Source of the DNA: Prochlorococcus sp. AG-418-G18
GTDB taxonomy: Bacteria > Cyanobacteriota > Cyanobacteriia > PCC-6307 > Cyanobiaceae
Assembly (NCBI GenBank): GCA_003214215.1
Contig: QCLX01000001.1
Coordinates: 96,026 to 160,025 of the forward strand
Direction: 5' to 3'
DNA: 64,000 bases
The notes under the pieces are model-generated. The model did not search any database. It worked only from the letters and a program-made list of their open reading frames with translations, and had not been told where the DNA came from. Of the stretch, positions 22,039-34,464 are shown piece by piece. The position numbers were made by a program, and so were the translations under genes. The number at the start of each line of letters is the position of its first letter. Within the stretch, counting starts at the first letter, position 1.

Positions 22039-22821
22039 TTACATTCCATTAATGCAGTAACCCGCATCAACATAAATTGTTTGGCCTGAAATGCCGCTCG
22101 AGAGATCACTTAATAAAAAAGCAGCTGTATTACCTACTTCTGTTTGAGTGACTGTTCTGCGTAAAGGAGCCTTTTCTTCAACATTGTGGATCATATCTAA
22201 AATGCCACCTATAGCAGAACTCGCAAGTGTTCTTATAGGCCCAGCACTTATTGCGTTAACTCTGACTTGTTTTTCGGGACCAAGTTCTGCAGAAAGATAT
22301 CTTACTGAAGCTTCTAAAGCTGCTTTGGCAACTCCCATCACGTTATAGTTAGGAATCGCCCTTTCTGAACCTAAATAAGTTAATGAGACAACTCCAGCAC
22401 CATCACTAAAAAGTGGTTTTGCTGCTTTACATAAAGGTGCTAACGAATACGCACTTATATTAAGAGCCCTATCAAAACCCTCTGAAGTGGTAGCACTATA
22501 ATCTCCAATCAATTCATCCCTTCCTGCAAATGCTAGGCAGTGAACTAATCCGTCAATTTGCCCCCAATTGTCTTTTATATTTTTAAAGATTTCTTCAATT
22601 TGAGCTGGATTTTGAACATCAAGAGGCAAAAATAACGATGGGTTTAAAGGTTCAGTTAGTTCTCTAACTTTAGACTCGAATCTTCCCTTATCATCAGGCA
22701 AATATGTGATTCCAAGTTCTGCGCCAGCTTTTGAAAGTTGTTGAGCGATACCCCATGCTATTGAACGATTGTTGGCAATTCCCGTAACAAGAATTTTTTT
22801 GCCAGTTAGATTTAGAAGCAT
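22039..22821 (-). CDS. fabI: Enoyl-ACP reductase
   Basis: GIANNRSIAWGIA, YNVMGVAKAALE, AGPIRTLA. Confidence 0.98.
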   Translation of the reverse strand: MLLNLTGKKILVTGIANNRSIAWGIAQQLSKAGAELGITYLPDDKGRFESKVRELTEPLNPSLFLPLDVQNPAQIEEIFKNIKDNWGQIDGLVHCLAFAGRDELIGDYSATTSEGFDRALNISAYSLAPLCKAAKPLFSDGAGVVSLTYLGSERAIPNYNVMGVAKAALEASVRYLSAELGPEKQVRVNAISAGPIRTLASSAIGGILDMIHNVEEKAPLRRTVTQTEVGNTAAFLLSDLSSGISGQTIYVDAGYCINGM

Positions 22822-22926
22822 TTTGTTTATTATTTCTATTATTCTCCTATATAAAAGTACCTATCTTTACGGATTACTGCAAAATATACAATAATTTTCA
22901 AATATCAAATAATTTTTAACTTAAAC

Positions 22927-23520
22927 ATGGTAAGAACAAATTCTATGGTTTTGGAATTAGGTTTTCAATTACCGAATTTCGAAATGTTAAATGCTAATTC
23001 TTCAAAAAATGAATATTTTAATTCTCATAATCTAGATAATCGGCATTTACTTTTAATGTTTATTTGTGCCCATTGCCCATTTGTTAAATATATTGAAAAT
23101 CAAATTTTCACCTTAAGTAAAGAAATTGAAAATACAGTTCAAACAGTTGCAATTTCTAGTAATGATATTGTCACTCATCCTTCAGATTCTCCTGAAAATT
23201 TGAGATTACAAGCACAAAAACAGGGATGGAGTTTTCCTTATCTATATGATGAAAATCAAAATTTTGCTAAGAAATTAAAAGCGGCTTGCACCCCAGATTT
23301 TTATCTTTTTTCAAATGAAGGAGATGGTGATTTTTTATTGTATTATCATGGCCAATTAGACGATAGTAGACCAAGTAATAATATCCCTCTATCTGGAAAA
23401 GATTTGCGCTCTGCTGTAAAAGATTTGAATCAAGATAATTCTTATCCTTCAAATCAGATCCCTTCTTTAGGTTGCAATATAAAATGGACTCCTGGTAAAG
23501 AACCAAGTTGGTTTAAATGA
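22927..23520 (+). CDS. Thioredoxin-like (AhpC/TSA family) protein
   Basis: CAHCPFV, AACTPDF, GCNIKW. Confidence 0.9.
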   Translation: MVRTNSMVLELGFQLPNFEMLNANSSKNEYFNSHNLDNRHLLLMFICAHCPFVKYIENQIFTLSKEIENTVQTVAISSNDIVTHPSDSPENLRLQAQKQGWSFPYLYDENQNFAKKLKAACTPDFYLFSNEGDGDFLLYYHGQLDDSRPSNNIPLSGKDLRSAVKDLNQDNSYPSNQIPSLGCNIKWTPGKEPSWFK

Positions 23521-23573
23521 ATTAAAAAATTTTTTTACCCATAGAAATATGGTTTAGGGTTAATATATTTATT

Positions 23574-24779
23574 ATGCAGATACCTCCATTTACTTTAGAT
23601 AGGCAGTTCAAAGAAATTGGCTCTGAAATTGAGAGTGAGGTTTCTAAAGTTTTAAAAGGGGGCCAGTATATTGGAGGACAAGAAATTGCCAAATTTGAGG
23701 AGAGTTTTTCAAATCTGATTGGTGTTGAAAATACTATTGGATGTAATAGTGGAACTGATGCTTTAGTATTAGCTTTGCGCGCATTAGATATTGGTGTGGG
23801 TGATGAAGTTATTACCTCATCTTTTAGCTTTTTTGCAACTGCAGAGGCTATTAGTGCAGTTGGTGCTAATCCTGTTTTGGTAGATATAGATCCAGAAACT
23901 TATCTCATTAATACTGAACTAATAGAACAAGAAATAAATTCTAATACCAAGGCAATTATGCCAGTTCATCTATTTGGTAATGCAGTGAATATGACCTTAA
24001 TAAAATCTTTGGCCAAGAAATATGACTTAAAAGTAATCGAAGATTGCGCTCAGGCAACATGCACAATGTGGCAAACTTCCAAAGTTGGTAGTATCGGTGA
24101 TATAGGCTGTTTTAGCTTTTTCCCTACTAAAAATTTAGGAGCTGCTGGAGATGGTGGAGCAGTAACAACTTCAGATCAGAAGATTGCAAAAAAAGTTAGA
24201 GAACTAGCTGTTCATGGCAGCCCAATAAGATATCATCATACCCAAATTGGATATAACAGCAGACTTGATACCATTCAAGCTGCCATATTAAACATTAAAA
24301 TTAAATATATTTCTAAGTGGATTAATAATCGCCAAAAAATTGCTAAAAATTACCTTGATTTATTAGAAAAAAATCCATTTATTAGTTTTCCAAAAATTAG
24401 CTCTGATTCAATTTCCCATTCTTGGAACCAATTTGTAGTCAAATTAAGAAACGATAAATATTTTTTAAATGAAGATTTTTCAAATTTATTTGATACTGAT
24501 TGCAAAAAATACTATTCCTTAAGGAATTTAGTAAAACAACAACTTTTTGAAAAAGGTATTAATTCAATTATTTATTATCCAATTCCAATACACGCACAAA
24601 TAGCTTACAAAAATAAAAATTTTTCTAGAAAAAAACTCATTAATACAGAGAGAATTTGTACAGAAGTTCTTAGTCTTCCAATGTTTCCTGAAATTTTTTA
24701 TGAAGAGCAAGTTTATGTAGCAGAAAATTTAAATAAAGTTTTAAAGAATTGTATAGAGGAAATTCAAATTTCAGCATAA
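23574..24779 (+). CDS. DegT/DnrJ/EryC1/StrS aminotransferase
   Basis: NSGTDAL, IEDCAQA, SFFPTKNLG, NSRLDTIQAA. Confidence 0.94.
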   Translation: MQIPPFTLDRQFKEIGSEIESEVSKVLKGGQYIGGQEIAKFEESFSNLIGVENTIGCNSGTDALVLALRALDIGVGDEVITSSFSFFATAEAISAVGANPVLVDIDPETYLINTELIEQEINSNTKAIMPVHLFGNAVNMTLIKSLAKKYDLKVIEDCAQATCTMWQTSKVGSIGDIGCFSFFPTKNLGAAGDGGAVTTSDQKIAKKVRELAVHGSPIRYHHTQIGYNSRLDTIQAAILNIKIKYISKWINNRQKIAKNYLDLLEKNPFISFPKISSDSISHSWNQFVVKLRNDKYFLNEDFSNLFDTDCKKYYSLRNLVKQQLFEKGINSIIYYPIPIHAQIAYKNKNFSRKKLINTERICTEVLSLPMFPEIFYEEQVYVAENLNKVLKNCIEEIQISA

Positions 24780-26200
24780 AGTGATTTAAATAATCTTTGT
24801 TGTATGTTGTGATTGACAATAGGGCTTGAATAATTATTTTTTTCTAAATTAGATATCTCCCCATTTAATAATTCTGAATTTGACACTTTAGATAATTCAG
24901 GAATCCAATATTTTATATATTCGCAAATAGGATCAAATTTTTTTGCTTGGGTATATGGATTAAAAATTCTAAGTGGTTTTGGATCCATACCGCTACTGGC
25001 GCTCCATTGCCATCCCCCATTATTTGCAGCTAAATCTCCATCAACTAAAGTCTCCATAAATTTTTTCTCGCCCATTTGCCAATTGCATATAAGATCTTTT
25101 ACCAGAAATGAAGCGACTATCATCCTACATCTGTTATGCATCCAGCCTGTACTATTTATTTGACGCATTGCAGCATCAACTATAGGTACTCCGGTCTCTC
25201 CGTTGCTCCAATGCTGAAACCATTCATTATTGTTTTGCCATGGAAAGTGATCCCATTTTTTTCTATATGGACCTTTCTCAAGCTCTGGGAAGTGGAATAA
25301 GCAATGTTGATAAAATTCACGCCAAACAAGTTCTTTTTGCCAAGTTTCAATTGATAGATAATTTACTTGATTTGCAAAATCTGAATTTAAATTCAATGTG
25401 GCGTTCCAAATTTTTCTAATGCTAATAGTGCCGAATCTGAGAGATGCACTTAGAAAAGATGTCCCATTATGGGAAGGAAAATCTCGTGCAGAATTGTAAG
25501 AATATATTTTTTTTTCGTTAATGAAGTTTTCTAATAATGTTTCTGCAGCATTCTCTCCAGGTCTACATGGACAATGATTCGAACCAAGAAATTTGATATT
25601 TTTGATAAATTTCTCTAGAACCGAATCAGATGAATTTATTGTCTTATTTTCTTTGAGTTTATTATCTATATCTTGAAACTGGAAAACAACTTTATCTTGG
25701 TCATATGGACCTAATAAATTCATTTTTGATTTAAGGTTTTTATAAAAAGGTCCATAAACGGAATAAGGTTTATTATTTCCGGAAAATATTTTTAAAGGTT
25801 CTACTAATAAGTGATCCCAAGTTTCAATAACTTGAATATTTTGTTCTTCTAAATTTTTTTTTATTTTTAAATCGCGATTAATCTCATAAGGTTCAATTGA
25901 TCTATTCCAAAAAACAAATTTAGCATCTATTTTCTTTGCTAATTGAGGAATTATTAATACCGGATCTCCTTCTTCCATGATTAATCTACTACCCATTTTT
26001 TTCCAATTATTTCCTAATTCATGAAGCGAATTTCCTAGAAACCAAGCTCTTGAACTTGCATTGAAATCGTGTGGGTAATTTTTATCAAATATGTAAGTTG
26101 AAGTAATAGCATTTGATAATGAAAATGCTTTGATTAAAGCTTGATTGTCAAATATTCTTAAATCCTTTCTATGCCAAAAAAGTATTCTAGGTTGATTCAT
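24764..26200 (-). CDS. phrB: Deoxyribodipyrimidine (CPD) photolyase
   Basis: WHRKDLRI.DN, WREFY, GWMHNRCRM, NNGGWQW, RIFNP. Confidence 0.95.
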   Translation of the reverse strand: MNQPRILFWHRKDLRIFDNQALIKAFSLSNAITSTYIFDKNYPHDFNASSRAWFLGNSLHELGNNWKKMGSRLIMEEGDPVLIIPQLAKKIDAKFVFWNRSIEPYEINRDLKIKKNLEEQNIQVIETWDHLLVEPLKIFSGNNKPYSVYGPFYKNLKSKMNLLGPYDQDKVVFQFQDIDNKLKENKTINSSDSVLEKFIKNIKFLGSNHCPCRPGENAAETLLENFINEKKIYSYNSARDFPSHNGTSFLSASLRFGTISIRKIWNATLNLNSDFANQVNYLSIETWQKELVWREFYQHCLFHFPELEKGPYRKKWDHFPWQNNNEWFQHWSNGETGVPIVDAAMRQINSTGWMHNRCRMIVASFLVKDLICNWQMGEKKFMETLVDGDLAANNGGWQWSASSGMDPKPLRIFNPYTQAKKFDPICEYIKYWIPELSKVSNSELLNGEISNLEKNNYSSPIVNHNIQQRLFKSLYAEI

Positions 26201-26760
26201 AATTTATCTAAAAATTGTTTAGCTCTAAACCAAGCTGTCACAGTTTTTGCATCAAGAATCTCATCACCACTAGAAATAAGATTATCTAGTTCGTTCGGAT
26301 CTAAAATTAATACTTCTATATCTTCATCTAAATCTCCTTTTACCTCGGAATTTAGTTTGCTCAAATCACGAGCTAAAAATAAATAAATTTCTTCATCTGC
26401 ATAACCAGGAGCAGGGACAAGAGTTCCTAGTTCATCCCATTTGTTCGCACTAAATCCAGTTTCTTCTTGTATTTCTCTCTTAATTGAATTAATAGGTGTT
26501 TCACCTATTTCTAATGTGCCTGCTGGAAATTCTAATAAATACCTTGAAACAGCAAATCTATATTGCCGAAGAATGATAACTTTATTGTCTTTTGTAATAG
26601 GTACGGCTAATGCTGCCCCAGGATGCTTAATGTATCCATATTCACCTTCGTGTCCATTTGGAAGCTCAATTCTATTTATTTCGAAACTAAATTTTTTTGA
26701 CTTTAACTCAGATATTTTTTCTTTAAAAATGGATCTTTTTAAAAAGTTTATGTTGCCCAT
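26197..26760 (-). CDS. NUDIX hydrolase (ADP-ribose pyrophosphatase-like)
   Basis: Nudix box G..EIGE......REIQEETG; EFPAG; DAKT. Confidence 0.92.
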   Translation of the reverse strand: MGNINFLKRSIFKEKISELKSKKFSFEINRIELPNGHEGEYGYIKHPGAALAVPITKDNKVIILRQYRFAVSRYLLEFPAGTLEIGETPINSIKREIQEETGFSANKWDELGTLVPAPGYADEEIYLFLARDLSKLNSEVKGDLDEDIEVLILDPNELDNLISSGDEILDAKTVTAWFRAKQFLDKL

Positions 26761-26807
26761 GAATTTTAAATAAAAATAGCCTAACAGTTATTTTTTGGTT
26801 TTGTAAA

Positions 26808-27386
26808 TCAATTAATAGACCATTTTGGGTCATCAAACTTTGTGATTTTTTGGCTTCTACTTAAGATTTCAGAAAGTGGTGTAATAACGAAATTCCGATT
26901 CATGAATCTAGGGTGAGGTAATGTTAATGCCTTTTCAACCATATGAAAATCTTCCCACCAAAGAATATCTAAATCGAGACATCTTGATAGCCATTTCTTA
27001 CCCTTTGGTGTCTCTTCTCGTCCGAAAAATCTCTCTAACTTTTTTAGCTCTTTTAAAAGTAATTTCGCGTTTTTATTTGATGTTTTAGGGAAAGAATTAC
27101 TTTTTATAAGTAATAGAGTATTTAAATAATTTGGCTGCTCATTATCAACACCATGAGGTAATGTCTCATAAATTGAAGACCAAAAAAAGTTTGCATGAAA
27201 TTTGCTTTTCTCTTCTTTTTTTTCGTTGGAAATATCTCCCCACTCATTTATTATTTCCTCTATTTTTGGTTTGCAAATTAATAGTGACTCAAGAGGGCTT
27301 CCGAATTTACTATCAATATTTGCTCCGAGGGATATACATAGTCCATTTTTGATATTAAGATTTGATAATTCCACTACAAAAAACAA
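26808..27386 (-). CDS. folK: 2-amino-4-hydroxy-6-hydroxymethyldihydropteridine pyrophosphokinase
   Basis: [25 protein letters not shown]. Confidence 0.93.
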   Translation of the reverse strand: MFFVVELSNLNIKNGLCISLGANIDSKFGSPLESLLICKPKIEEIINEWGDISNEKKEEKSKFHANFFWSSIYETLPHGVDNEQPNYLNTLLLIKSNSFPKTSNKNAKLLLKELKKLERFFGREETPKGKKWLSRCLDLDILWWEDFHMVEKALTLPHPRFMNRNFVITPLSEILSRSQKITKFDDPKWSIN

Positions 27387-27422
27387 AGTTATTGGATAAA
27401 TTCTATATCAGGCATTTTTAAA

Positions 27423-29600
27423 GTGATTTTGAACCCCGATTTAAAAGAAAAAGGAGAAATAAAAGATTTAATCAACTCAAAGGATTCTTTTAGAGCTTTT
27501 CCTTTGGCGGCAATTACGGGTCATAGCTTATTGAAATTATCTTTGCTTTTGGCAGCAGTTGATCCGAGTTTAGGAGGAGTGATTATCGCAGGCGGAAGAG
27601 GTACTGGTAAGTCAGTATTAGCAAGGGGTTTGCATACTTTACTCCCTCCTGTAGAGGTATTAGATAATGAATCAATTCTTGAAACACTATCTAAGAGAAA
27701 TAGTAATACTTCATTAAGACCTATTGGTAGGAACCTAGATCCAGATAAACCAGAGGAATGGGATATTAGTACTAATAAATTGTTAGAAAAGGCAATTGGA
27801 AGTGATTATTTGAATCAAATTGATGAAATTCCAAAAAAAGTAAAAGAGGCACCATTTATTCAAGTTCCCATTGGTATAACTGAAGATAGACTTGTTGGAT
27901 CAATTGATGTCGCTGCCTCATTAAGTACGGGAGAACAAGTGTTTCAGCCTGGAATTTTGGCAGAAGCTCATAGAGGTGTTCTGTATGTAGACGATATAAA
28001 TTTATTGGATGATGGAATTGTAAATTTAATTCTTGAAGCTATAGGAAGAGAGCAAAATAACATTGAGAGAGATGGTTTGAGCCTCTCTCATCCTTGCAAG
28101 TCCCTTTTAATAGCAACTTATAATCCTGAAGAAGGAGCTTTAAGAGATCATGTGTTAGATCGTTTTGCAATTGTTCTTTCTGCAGATCAATCTATTGATA
28201 ATGCTCAAAGAGTTGAGATTACAAAATCTGTTTTGTCACACGCAGAAAATAATATTAAATTTTCAGAAAAGTGGTCTGAAGAATCTGATAATTTATCCAC
28301 ACAATTAATTTTGGCTAGGCAATGGTTAAAGGATGTAAAAATAACAAAAGAGCAAATAACATATTTAGTGAATGAAGCTCTCAGAGGGGGAGTAGAAGGG
28401 CATAGGTCAGAATTATTTGCAGTAAAAGTAGCAAAGGCTAATGCAGCTCTTCGAGGAGATGAGAATGTAAATCCTGAGGACCTAAAAGTGGCAGTAAGGT
28501 TAGTTATTCTTCCGCGAGCAATGCAAATTCCTCCAGAAGATGATGATATTCAACCACCCCCTCCAGAGGATCAGAGCCCCCCACCTCCACCTCAATCAAA
28601 TAATGAAGAGTCTGAACCTGAGACTAATGAAAATGATAATGAGCAAGAGCAAGAAGGAGAAGAAGATAATTCTGATGGAGAAGAAGAATCTACTCCCGAA
28701 ATACCTGAAGAATTTATATTAGATCCTGAAGCATGTATGGTAGATCCTGATTTATTACTTTTTTCATCAGCTAAAGCCAAAGCGGGAAATAGTGGAAGTA
28801 GATCAGTGATATTCAGTGACAGTAGAGGTAGGTATGTAAAACCTATTATTCCAAAAGGTAAAGTAAAAAGAATTGCTGTAGATGCAACTCTTCGAGCAGC
28901 TGCTCCTTACCAAAAATCTAGAAGATTAAGGAACCCTAATAAATCAATAGTTATTGAAGAAAATGATTTTAGGGCAAAGCTTCTACAAAAAAAGGCAGGT
29001 GCTTTAGTAATTTTTCTAGTTGATGCGAGTGGCTCTATGGCTTTAAATAGAATGCAAAGTGCTAAAGGCGCAGTAATAAGACTTTTAACAGAAGCATATG
29101 AGAATAGAGATGAAGTAGCTCTCATACCTTTTAGAGGTAATCAGGCTGAAGTTCTTTTACCTCCTACAAGATCTATAACTGCTGCAAAAAGAAGGCTAGA
29201 AACAATGCCTTGTGGTGGAGGTTCGCCTTTGGCTCATGGACTTACACAATCAGCAAAAGTAGCAAAAAATGCTCTATCAACTGGAGATATAGGTCAAGTT
29301 ATTGTGGTCGGGATTACTGATGGGAGAGGAAATGTACCATTAGGGATATCACTAGGGCAAAATGAGGTCGAAGAAAAAGATAATGAAAATGCTAATTTAA
29401 AGCAGGAGGTTCTTGATATCGCTTCAAAATATCCAATGCTTGGGATAAAACTCTTAGTAATTGATACTGAGAGAAAGTTTATTGCGAGCGGTTTTGGTAA
29501 AGAATTAGCAGAGGCAGCTCAAGGTAAATATGTCCAACTGCCAAAAGCTACAGATAAAGCAATCGCAGCTATGGCTTTGAATGCTATAAATGAATTCTAA
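27423..29600 (+). CDS. chlD: Magnesium chelatase subunit D
   Basis: AAA+ GRGTGKS, poly-Pro/acidic linker, vWA DASGS. Confidence 0.97.
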   Translation: MILNPDLKEKGEIKDLINSKDSFRAFPLAAITGHSLLKLSLLLAAVDPSLGGVIIAGGRGTGKSVLARGLHTLLPPVEVLDNESILETLSKRNSNTSLRPIGRNLDPDKPEEWDISTNKLLEKAIGSDYLNQIDEIPKKVKEAPFIQVPIGITEDRLVGSIDVAASLSTGEQVFQPGILAEAHRGVLYVDDINLLDDGIVNLILEAIGREQNNIERDGLSLSHPCKSLLIATYNPEEGALRDHVLDRFAIVLSADQSIDNAQRVEITKSVLSHAENNIKFSEKWSEESDNLSTQLILARQWLKDVKITKEQITYLVNEALRGGVEGHRSELFAVKVAKANAALRGDENVNPEDLKVAVRLVILPRAMQIPPEDDDIQPPPPEDQSPPPPPQSNNEESEPETNENDNEQEQEGEEDNSDGEEESTPEIPEEFILDPEACMVDPDLLLFSSAKAKAGNSGSRSVIFSDSRGRYVKPIIPKGKVKRIAVDATLRAAAPYQKSRRLRNPNKSIVIEENDFRAKLLQKKAGALVIFLVDASGSMALNRMQSAKGAVIRLLTEAYENRDEVALIPFRGNQAEVLLPPTRSITAAKRRLETMPCGGGSPLAHGLTQSAKVAKNALSTGDIGQVIVVGITDGRGNVPLGISLGQNEVEEKDNENANLKQEVLDIASKYPMLGIKLLVIDTERKFIASGFGKELAEAAQGKYVQLPKATDKAIAAMALNAINEF

Positions 29601-29607
29601 ATATTAG

Positions 29608-30453
29608 TTATGGATAAATTTCGTTAAGGAATTTTGAAAGTCCAATAGTTAAATCTCTTAGGGATTTTGTTAATTCTTTATCTTTCGTTAATTTTTCAAA
29701 ATCTTCACTCATATCATCTATTTTGCTGGAGATAGATCTGGCCGCATTTATTGTCAATTTAATGTCATTAAGGGTTTCTTTGTCATCGATAGTAGACAAA
29801 ATGTTGTTTAGATGATTTGCAGCGATTGTAATTTCTGTTATTAAAGGTTCAACTCTAAGTATTTCTTGTTTCGATAAATAAATTAATTCATCAAGGTTTT
29901 CTTGCGTTTTATCAAATTGGTCCATTGATTTAACTATATTCTCAATTAAGTTTTCTTGATTTGATTCTTTCAAAAGTTGACTTATCCTATTAGTTATATT
30001 TGAAAGACTTGATAGTTGTTTGCCAGTAATAGTATCTCCCTGACAAATAATTAATTTGGCATCGCAATTTCCCGATGTAGGTTTTTCGATGTTTTTGGGG
30101 ATGGCTTTTTCACTAGTTTCTAAAGCAACTTGTACATCTCCTCCAAGGAAAGAGTTAGTGACTACCCTTGCGAATGCTGGCCTAGGAAGAATAATTTCAG
30201 GATTATTTAAAACTATTTTTGCTTTAATTGATTCATTAGTAAACAATATATCTTCTATTGAACCTACTAAAATTCCTCTGTAAGTAACAGGAGATTTTTT
30301 TGATAAACCGCTTGCATTGCTGAATTCAGCAAAAATGTGCCAATTTTTTGAGGATAGTCTTACTCCTTTGAGCCAAAAAGAAAAAAATGTGAATATTACA
30401 ATTCCTCCTAATAAAGAAAATCCAACTATTGAATCTCGGTAGCTTTTACGCAT
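29608..30453 (-). CDS. MlaD/MCE family lipid transport protein (Ycf22-like)
   Basis: N-terminal TM; F.NASGL...SPV.YRGI.VG MCE motif. Confidence 0.88.
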   Translation of the reverse strand: MRKSYRDSIVGFSLLGGIVIFTFFSFWLKGVRLSSKNWHIFAEFSNASGLSKKSPVTYRGILVGSIEDILFTNESIKAKIVLNNPEIILPRPAFARVVTNSFLGGDVQVALETSEKAIPKNIEKPTSGNCDAKLIICQGDTITGKQLSSLSNITNRISQLLKESNQENLIENIVKSMDQFDKTQENLDELIYLSKQEILRVEPLITEITIAANHLNNILSTIDDKETLNDIKLTINAARSISSKIDDMSEDFEKLTKDKELTKSLRDLTIGLSKFLNEIYP

Positions 30454-30458
30454 AATTT

Positions 30459-31244
30459 CTAAATGTCTTTTGGTTGCATTGGGCCATCTCTTTTCCCATA
30501 CCTAAATTGAAATACATAGGGATCATCACTCTCTTTGAATTCATCAATGGAACCAGCCCATCTAAACTTGCCTCCATAAAGCATTAAAACTTTATCTGCA
30601 GTCCTTTCTATAGTACTAAGAACATGACTAACTACAATAGATGATCCTTTAGCTTTATTATTTGTCTTATTAATTAAATCTTCAATTCTTGATGAGGCAA
30701 TTGGATCAAGACCTGCGGTTGGTTCATCAAAAAGTAATAAAGGTTTAGTTTTTGCATTAAGAGTTTGATCTGTAATTAAAGCTCTAGCAAAACTTACTCT
30801 TTTTTGCATTCCTCCGCTTAATTCATTTGGAAGTTTATTCTCAACATTGAATAATCCTACCTCAGCCAAACATTCACTTACGATTTCATGTATTAACTTT
30901 TTAGATAGGTTTTTATTTCGTTTAAGTAGAAAACCTACATTTTCTTCAATAGTTAAGGAACCTAATAATGCTGGGTTTTGAAAAACTAGTCTTACATCAG
31001 GAGGATTGTGTTGATCTAGTCTCAAATATGTTTGTCTTTCACCAAATATTCTTAATTCTCCTTTGGTGGGTAAAATTAAACCTGCTAGAATTTTTAGGAT
31101 AGTTGATTTCCCGGAACCTGAGGGGCCAACAATTGCTAATTTCTCTCCATCACTAAGTTCAAAATTTAGTTCATTAAGCACATTTACTTCATCCCAGCTT
31201 ATTGAGAGGTTTTTTGTTTCAACTGCAAGCTTTGATTTTTTCAA
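30459..31244 (-). CDS. ABC transporter ATP-binding protein (MlaF-like)
   Basis: GPSGSGKS, LSGGMQKR, DEPTAGLDP; adjacent to the MlaD-like gene. Confidence 0.9.
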   Translation of the reverse strand: MKKSKLAVETKNLSISWDEVNVLNELNFELSDGEKLAIVGPSGSGKSTILKILAGLILPTKGELRIFGERQTYLRLDQHNPPDVRLVFQNPALLGSLTIEENVGFLLKRNKNLSKKLIHEIVSECLAEVGLFNVENKLPNELSGGMQKRVSFARALITDQTLNAKTKPLLLFDEPTAGLDPIASSRIEDLINKTNNKAKGSSIVVSHVLSTIERTADKVLMLYGGKFRWAGSIDEFKESDDPYVFQFRYGKRDGPMQPKDI

Positions 31245-31321
31245 AACCTATATAAAATTCATTTCTATTACATATTGCCTGTTTTTAGAAATAAAAAAAG
31301 GATGTATCAATTTGATTTATA

Positions 31322-32758
31322 ATGAATTTATATAGTTTTAAATTTGAGAAAAATAAATTAAGAGGTTTTTTAATGAATAAGCGTAAAAAAAGAATAAGAA
31401 GATATTATAAATATTTTGAAAAATTTAAATTTGTTTTATTAAATAAAATTCTAAGAATTTTGAGTTGGCTTTTACCAGGACTGGTAATAAAAAGATGGAT
31501 GATTACATCTGCAATAGGATTCTTGACTTCACTATTAGGACTGGCAATCTGGACAAATTTAAGGCCACTTTATTGGCTTATTGAAATATTTTTTTGGATA
31601 ATGACAGGTTTTACTAGTATATTGCCTATTTCATTTTTGGGCCCAATAATTTTTGTTATTGGACTTTTATTAATAGGGATTGGACAAAATAGAAGTATTA
31701 ATTCTATTAAAAAAGCGCTTGCTCCAGAAAAAAAGACATTTTTAGTTGATGCGTTAAGAGTTAAAAGTAAATTGAACAGAGGTCCTAATATTGTTGCAAT
31801 TGGCGGAGGCACAGGCTTATCTACTTTATTAAAAGGTTTAAAAAATTACAGTCGTAATATTACAGCGATCGTAACTGTATCCGACGATGGTGGAAGTAGT
31901 GGAATTCTTAGGAAACAATTAGGCGTTCAACCTCCTGGAGATATTAGAAATTGTTTGGCTGCCTTATCAAATGAAGAACCTATTTTAACTAGATTATTTC
32001 AATATAGATTTTCAGGAGGGAGTGGTCTTGAGGGGCATAGTTTTGGAAATCTATTCTTGTCAGCATTAACAACAATTACAGGAAGTTTAGAAAAAGCAGT
32101 ACAAGCTTCTAGTAAGGTTTTGGCTGTACAAGGACAAGTTTTACCCGCAACTAATACTGATGTCATGTTGTGGGCCGAATTAGAAAATGGTGAAAGAATT
32201 TTTGGTGAAAGTAAGATCAGTAAATCTAAAGAAAATATTTCAAGAATTGGTTGCCTTCCAGAAAATCCTTCTGCTCTGCCGAGTGCTCTTGAATCAATAA
32301 AAGAAGCTGACCTAATTATTCTTGGTCCAGGAAGTCTTTACACTTCTTTATTGCCAAATTTGTTAGTACCTGAAATAGTAGATGCCTTATTGCAAAGTGA
32401 TGCACCCAAAATTTATATAAGTAATTTGATGACTCAGCCTGGAGAAACTGATGGACTTGATGTTTATCAACATATCAAATCAATAGAAAAACAATTATCA
32501 AATTTTGGTGTTAATACTCGAATTTTTAATGCAATTTTATCTCAGATTAAATTTGAAAAGTCTCCTTTAGTTGACTACTACGAAAGTAGGGGTGCAGAAC
32601 CTGTCCAATGTAATAAAGAAAAATTATTATCTGAGGGTTATTATGTTTTGAAGGCACCATTGTATTCAAAAAGAATAACACCCACACTTAGACACGATCC
32701 TAGAAGACTGGCAAGAGCAGTTATTTTTATGTACCGAAAATTAAAGAAATTAAACTAA
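31322..32758 (+). CDS. YvcK/gluconeogenesis factor (CofD-like) protein with N-terminal TM segments
   Basis: [32 protein letters not shown]; start may be ATG 31373. Confidence 0.9.
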   Translation: MNLYSFKFEKNKLRGFLMNKRKKRIRRYYKYFEKFKFVLLNKILRILSWLLPGLVIKRWMITSAIGFLTSLLGLAIWTNLRPLYWLIEIFFWIMTGFTSILPISFLGPIIFVIGLLLIGIGQNRSINSIKKALAPEKKTFLVDALRVKSKLNRGPNIVAIGGGTGLSTLLKGLKNYSRNITAIVTVSDDGGSSGILRKQLGVQPPGDIRNCLAALSNEEPILTRLFQYRFSGGSGLEGHSFGNLFLSALTTITGSLEKAVQASSKVLAVQGQVLPATNTDVMLWAELENGERIFGESKISKSKENISRIGCLPENPSALPSALESIKEADLIILGPGSLYTSLLPNLLVPEIVDALLQSDAPKIYISNLMTQPGETDGLDVYQHIKSIEKQLSNFGVNTRIFNAILSQIKFEKSPLVDYYESRGAEPVQCNKEKLLSEGYYVLKAPLYSKRITPTLRHDPRRLARAVIFMYRKLKKLN

Positions 32759-33285
32759 TAAGCATCTTGAAGTTCATAGAAGTCTGGTTGAATATAGTCT
32801 TTTCGCAATGGCCATCCTCTCCAATCTTCAGGCATTAAGAGCCTTTTGGGATTTGGATGATCAATAAAATTTATCCCAAACATGTCAAATGTTTCTCGTT
32901 CTTGCCAATCGCTTCCTTTAAAAATTTCATACAAACTAGGGATTGATAAATCTGAATCTCTTTTTAAAAAGACTTTTAATCTAACTTCCTTAATCTGTTC
33001 GATTTTTTGTAAATCATCTACTGTTATGAAATGATAGAAACTTACAAGATTTTTCCCTGGGCCTTCATCATAGCCACCTTGACATTGTAGATAATTGAAG
33101 CCGTAATTTCTTAGAGCAGATACTGCATCATATAATTTGTTTGGTTCAACAGATATGTTTTCTATACCTATGTGATCATTAGCTAATGATTGATTTGGAA
33201 TTCCATCTTTGGTCAAATTTTTACTTACAAATCCACCTTCTTCTAAAGAGCTGTCGGAGGATTTAGCTAAATCTTCTTTTTCCAT
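32755..33285 (-). CDS. ndhJ: NDH-1 subunit J
   Basis: [20 protein letters not shown]. Confidence 0.97.
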   Translation of the reverse strand: MEKEDLAKSSDSSLEEGGFVSKNLTKDGIPNQSLANDHIGIENISVEPNKLYDAVSALRNYGFNYLQCQGGYDEGPGKNLVSFYHFITVDDLQKIEQIKEVRLKVFLKRDSDLSIPSLYEIFKGSDWQERETFDMFGINFIDHPNPKRLLMPEDWRGWPLRKDYIQPDFYELQDAY

Positions 33286-34019
33286 TAATCTTCTTGTCTA
33301 TTAATAATTTCAGATTTTTCGCTCATCTCAGGTAATTCAGTTATTTTTTCTTTTTGAGAGGCAGGAATAACATTTGTTGAAGTTTTATTTAGATATTCAC
33401 CAGTATTGTCAGAGAAAACGAGATTCATTTCGTGCTCAGATGTTATGTATCTGTGAGTTTGCTCTGTTTTCGTGCGCTCTAAAATTGATTCATTCCCAAC
33501 TTTTTTTCTTAATTTAATTACAGCATCAAAAATTGCTTCTGGTCTTGGGGGACATCCTGGAAGGTATAAATCAACTGGTATTAATTTATCAACGCCTCTT
33601 ACAGCAGTTGTAGAATCTGCGCTGAACATTCCCCCTGTAATTGTGCAAGCACCCATTGCAATCACATATTTTGGTTCAGGCATTTGTTCATAAAGTCTTA
33701 CAAGGGCTGGAGCCATCTTCATGGTTACTGTTCCTGCAACTATTAATAAATCTGCTTGCCTTGGCGAGCTTCTAGGTACTAACCCAAATCTATCAAAATC
33801 AAATCTAGATCCGATTAAGGCAGCAAATTCTATAAAACAACAAGCTGTTCCATACAAGAGAGGCCAGAGACTGCTTAGTCTTGCCCAATTATGAAGGTCA
33901 TCCAAACTTGTCAATATAATATTTTCGCTTAGATCTGTAGTAACTTGCGGTGCACCAAGAGGATTGCAAGTTCCTTCCCGAATTTCTCTTATTGCTTTTG
34001 GGGATAATTGTGGGTTCAA
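33285..34019 (-). CDS. ndhK: NDH-1 subunit K
   Basis: [22 protein letters not shown]. Confidence 0.98.
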   Translation of the reverse strand: MNPQLSPKAIREIREGTCNPLGAPQVTTDLSENIILTSLDDLHNWARLSSLWPLLYGTACCFIEFAALIGSRFDFDRFGLVPRSSPRQADLLIVAGTVTMKMAPALVRLYEQMPEPKYVIAMGACTITGGMFSADSTTAVRGVDKLIPVDLYLPGCPPRPEAIFDAVIKLRKKVGNESILERTKTEQTHRYITSEHEMNLVFSDNTGEYLNKTSTNVIPASQKEKITELPEMSEKSEIINRQED

Positions 34020-34023
34020 TTTT

Positions 34024-34386
34024 TTAACTCCATTCTAAAGCACCTTTTCTCCACGCGTATGCCAGAGCGATAACAAGTATTGCAATGAAAATTAAAGCCT
34101 CAATAAAAGCTAATAAGCCTAATCTATTGAAGGCAACTGCCCAAGGATAAAGGAATACCGTCTCAACATCAAATATAACGAAAACTAAGGCAAACATGTA
34201 ATAACGAATGTTAAATTGGATCCATGCTCCTCCTATAGGCTCCATTCCAGATTCATATGTAAGCTTTCTTTCTCCTGTTCTGCCTTTTGGAGCAACGATG
34301 ATATTAGTAACTAAGGCTAATATTGGTACAGCTGCGGCAATTAGGAGGAAACCTAAAAAATATTCATAGCCAGTTAATAAAAACAT
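34024..34386 (-). CDS. ndhC: NDH-1 subunit C
   Basis: [28 protein letters not shown]; start placed at ATG 34386 (120 aa). Confidence 0.97.
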   Translation of the reverse strand: MFLLTGYEYFLGFLLIAAAVPILALVTNIIVAPKGRTGERKLTYESGMEPIGGAWIQFNIRYYMFALVFVIFDVETVFLYPWAVAFNRLGLLAFIEALIFIAILVIALAYAWRKGALEWS

Positions 34387-34464
34387 CTTAAAAAAATTAA
34401 TTTTGAATAAAAGTCGCTTAATTAAGCAAAATCTTTTAAAGTTCTTAAAGAATAATAATAAACC

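Noticed and set aside
22857-22870. GTA-N8-TAC between fabI and the thioredoxin-like gene
   Set aside because: Minimal consensus only, with no obvious nitrogen link; such matches are expected by chance in AT-rich DNA.
24764-26760. Photolyase-NUDIX pair as a novel repair system
   Set aside because: Already a recognised feature of high-light Prochlorococcus.
28530-28720. Low-complexity Pro/Glu/Asp stretch and the overlapping short ORFs
   Set aside because: Normal linker of ChlD.
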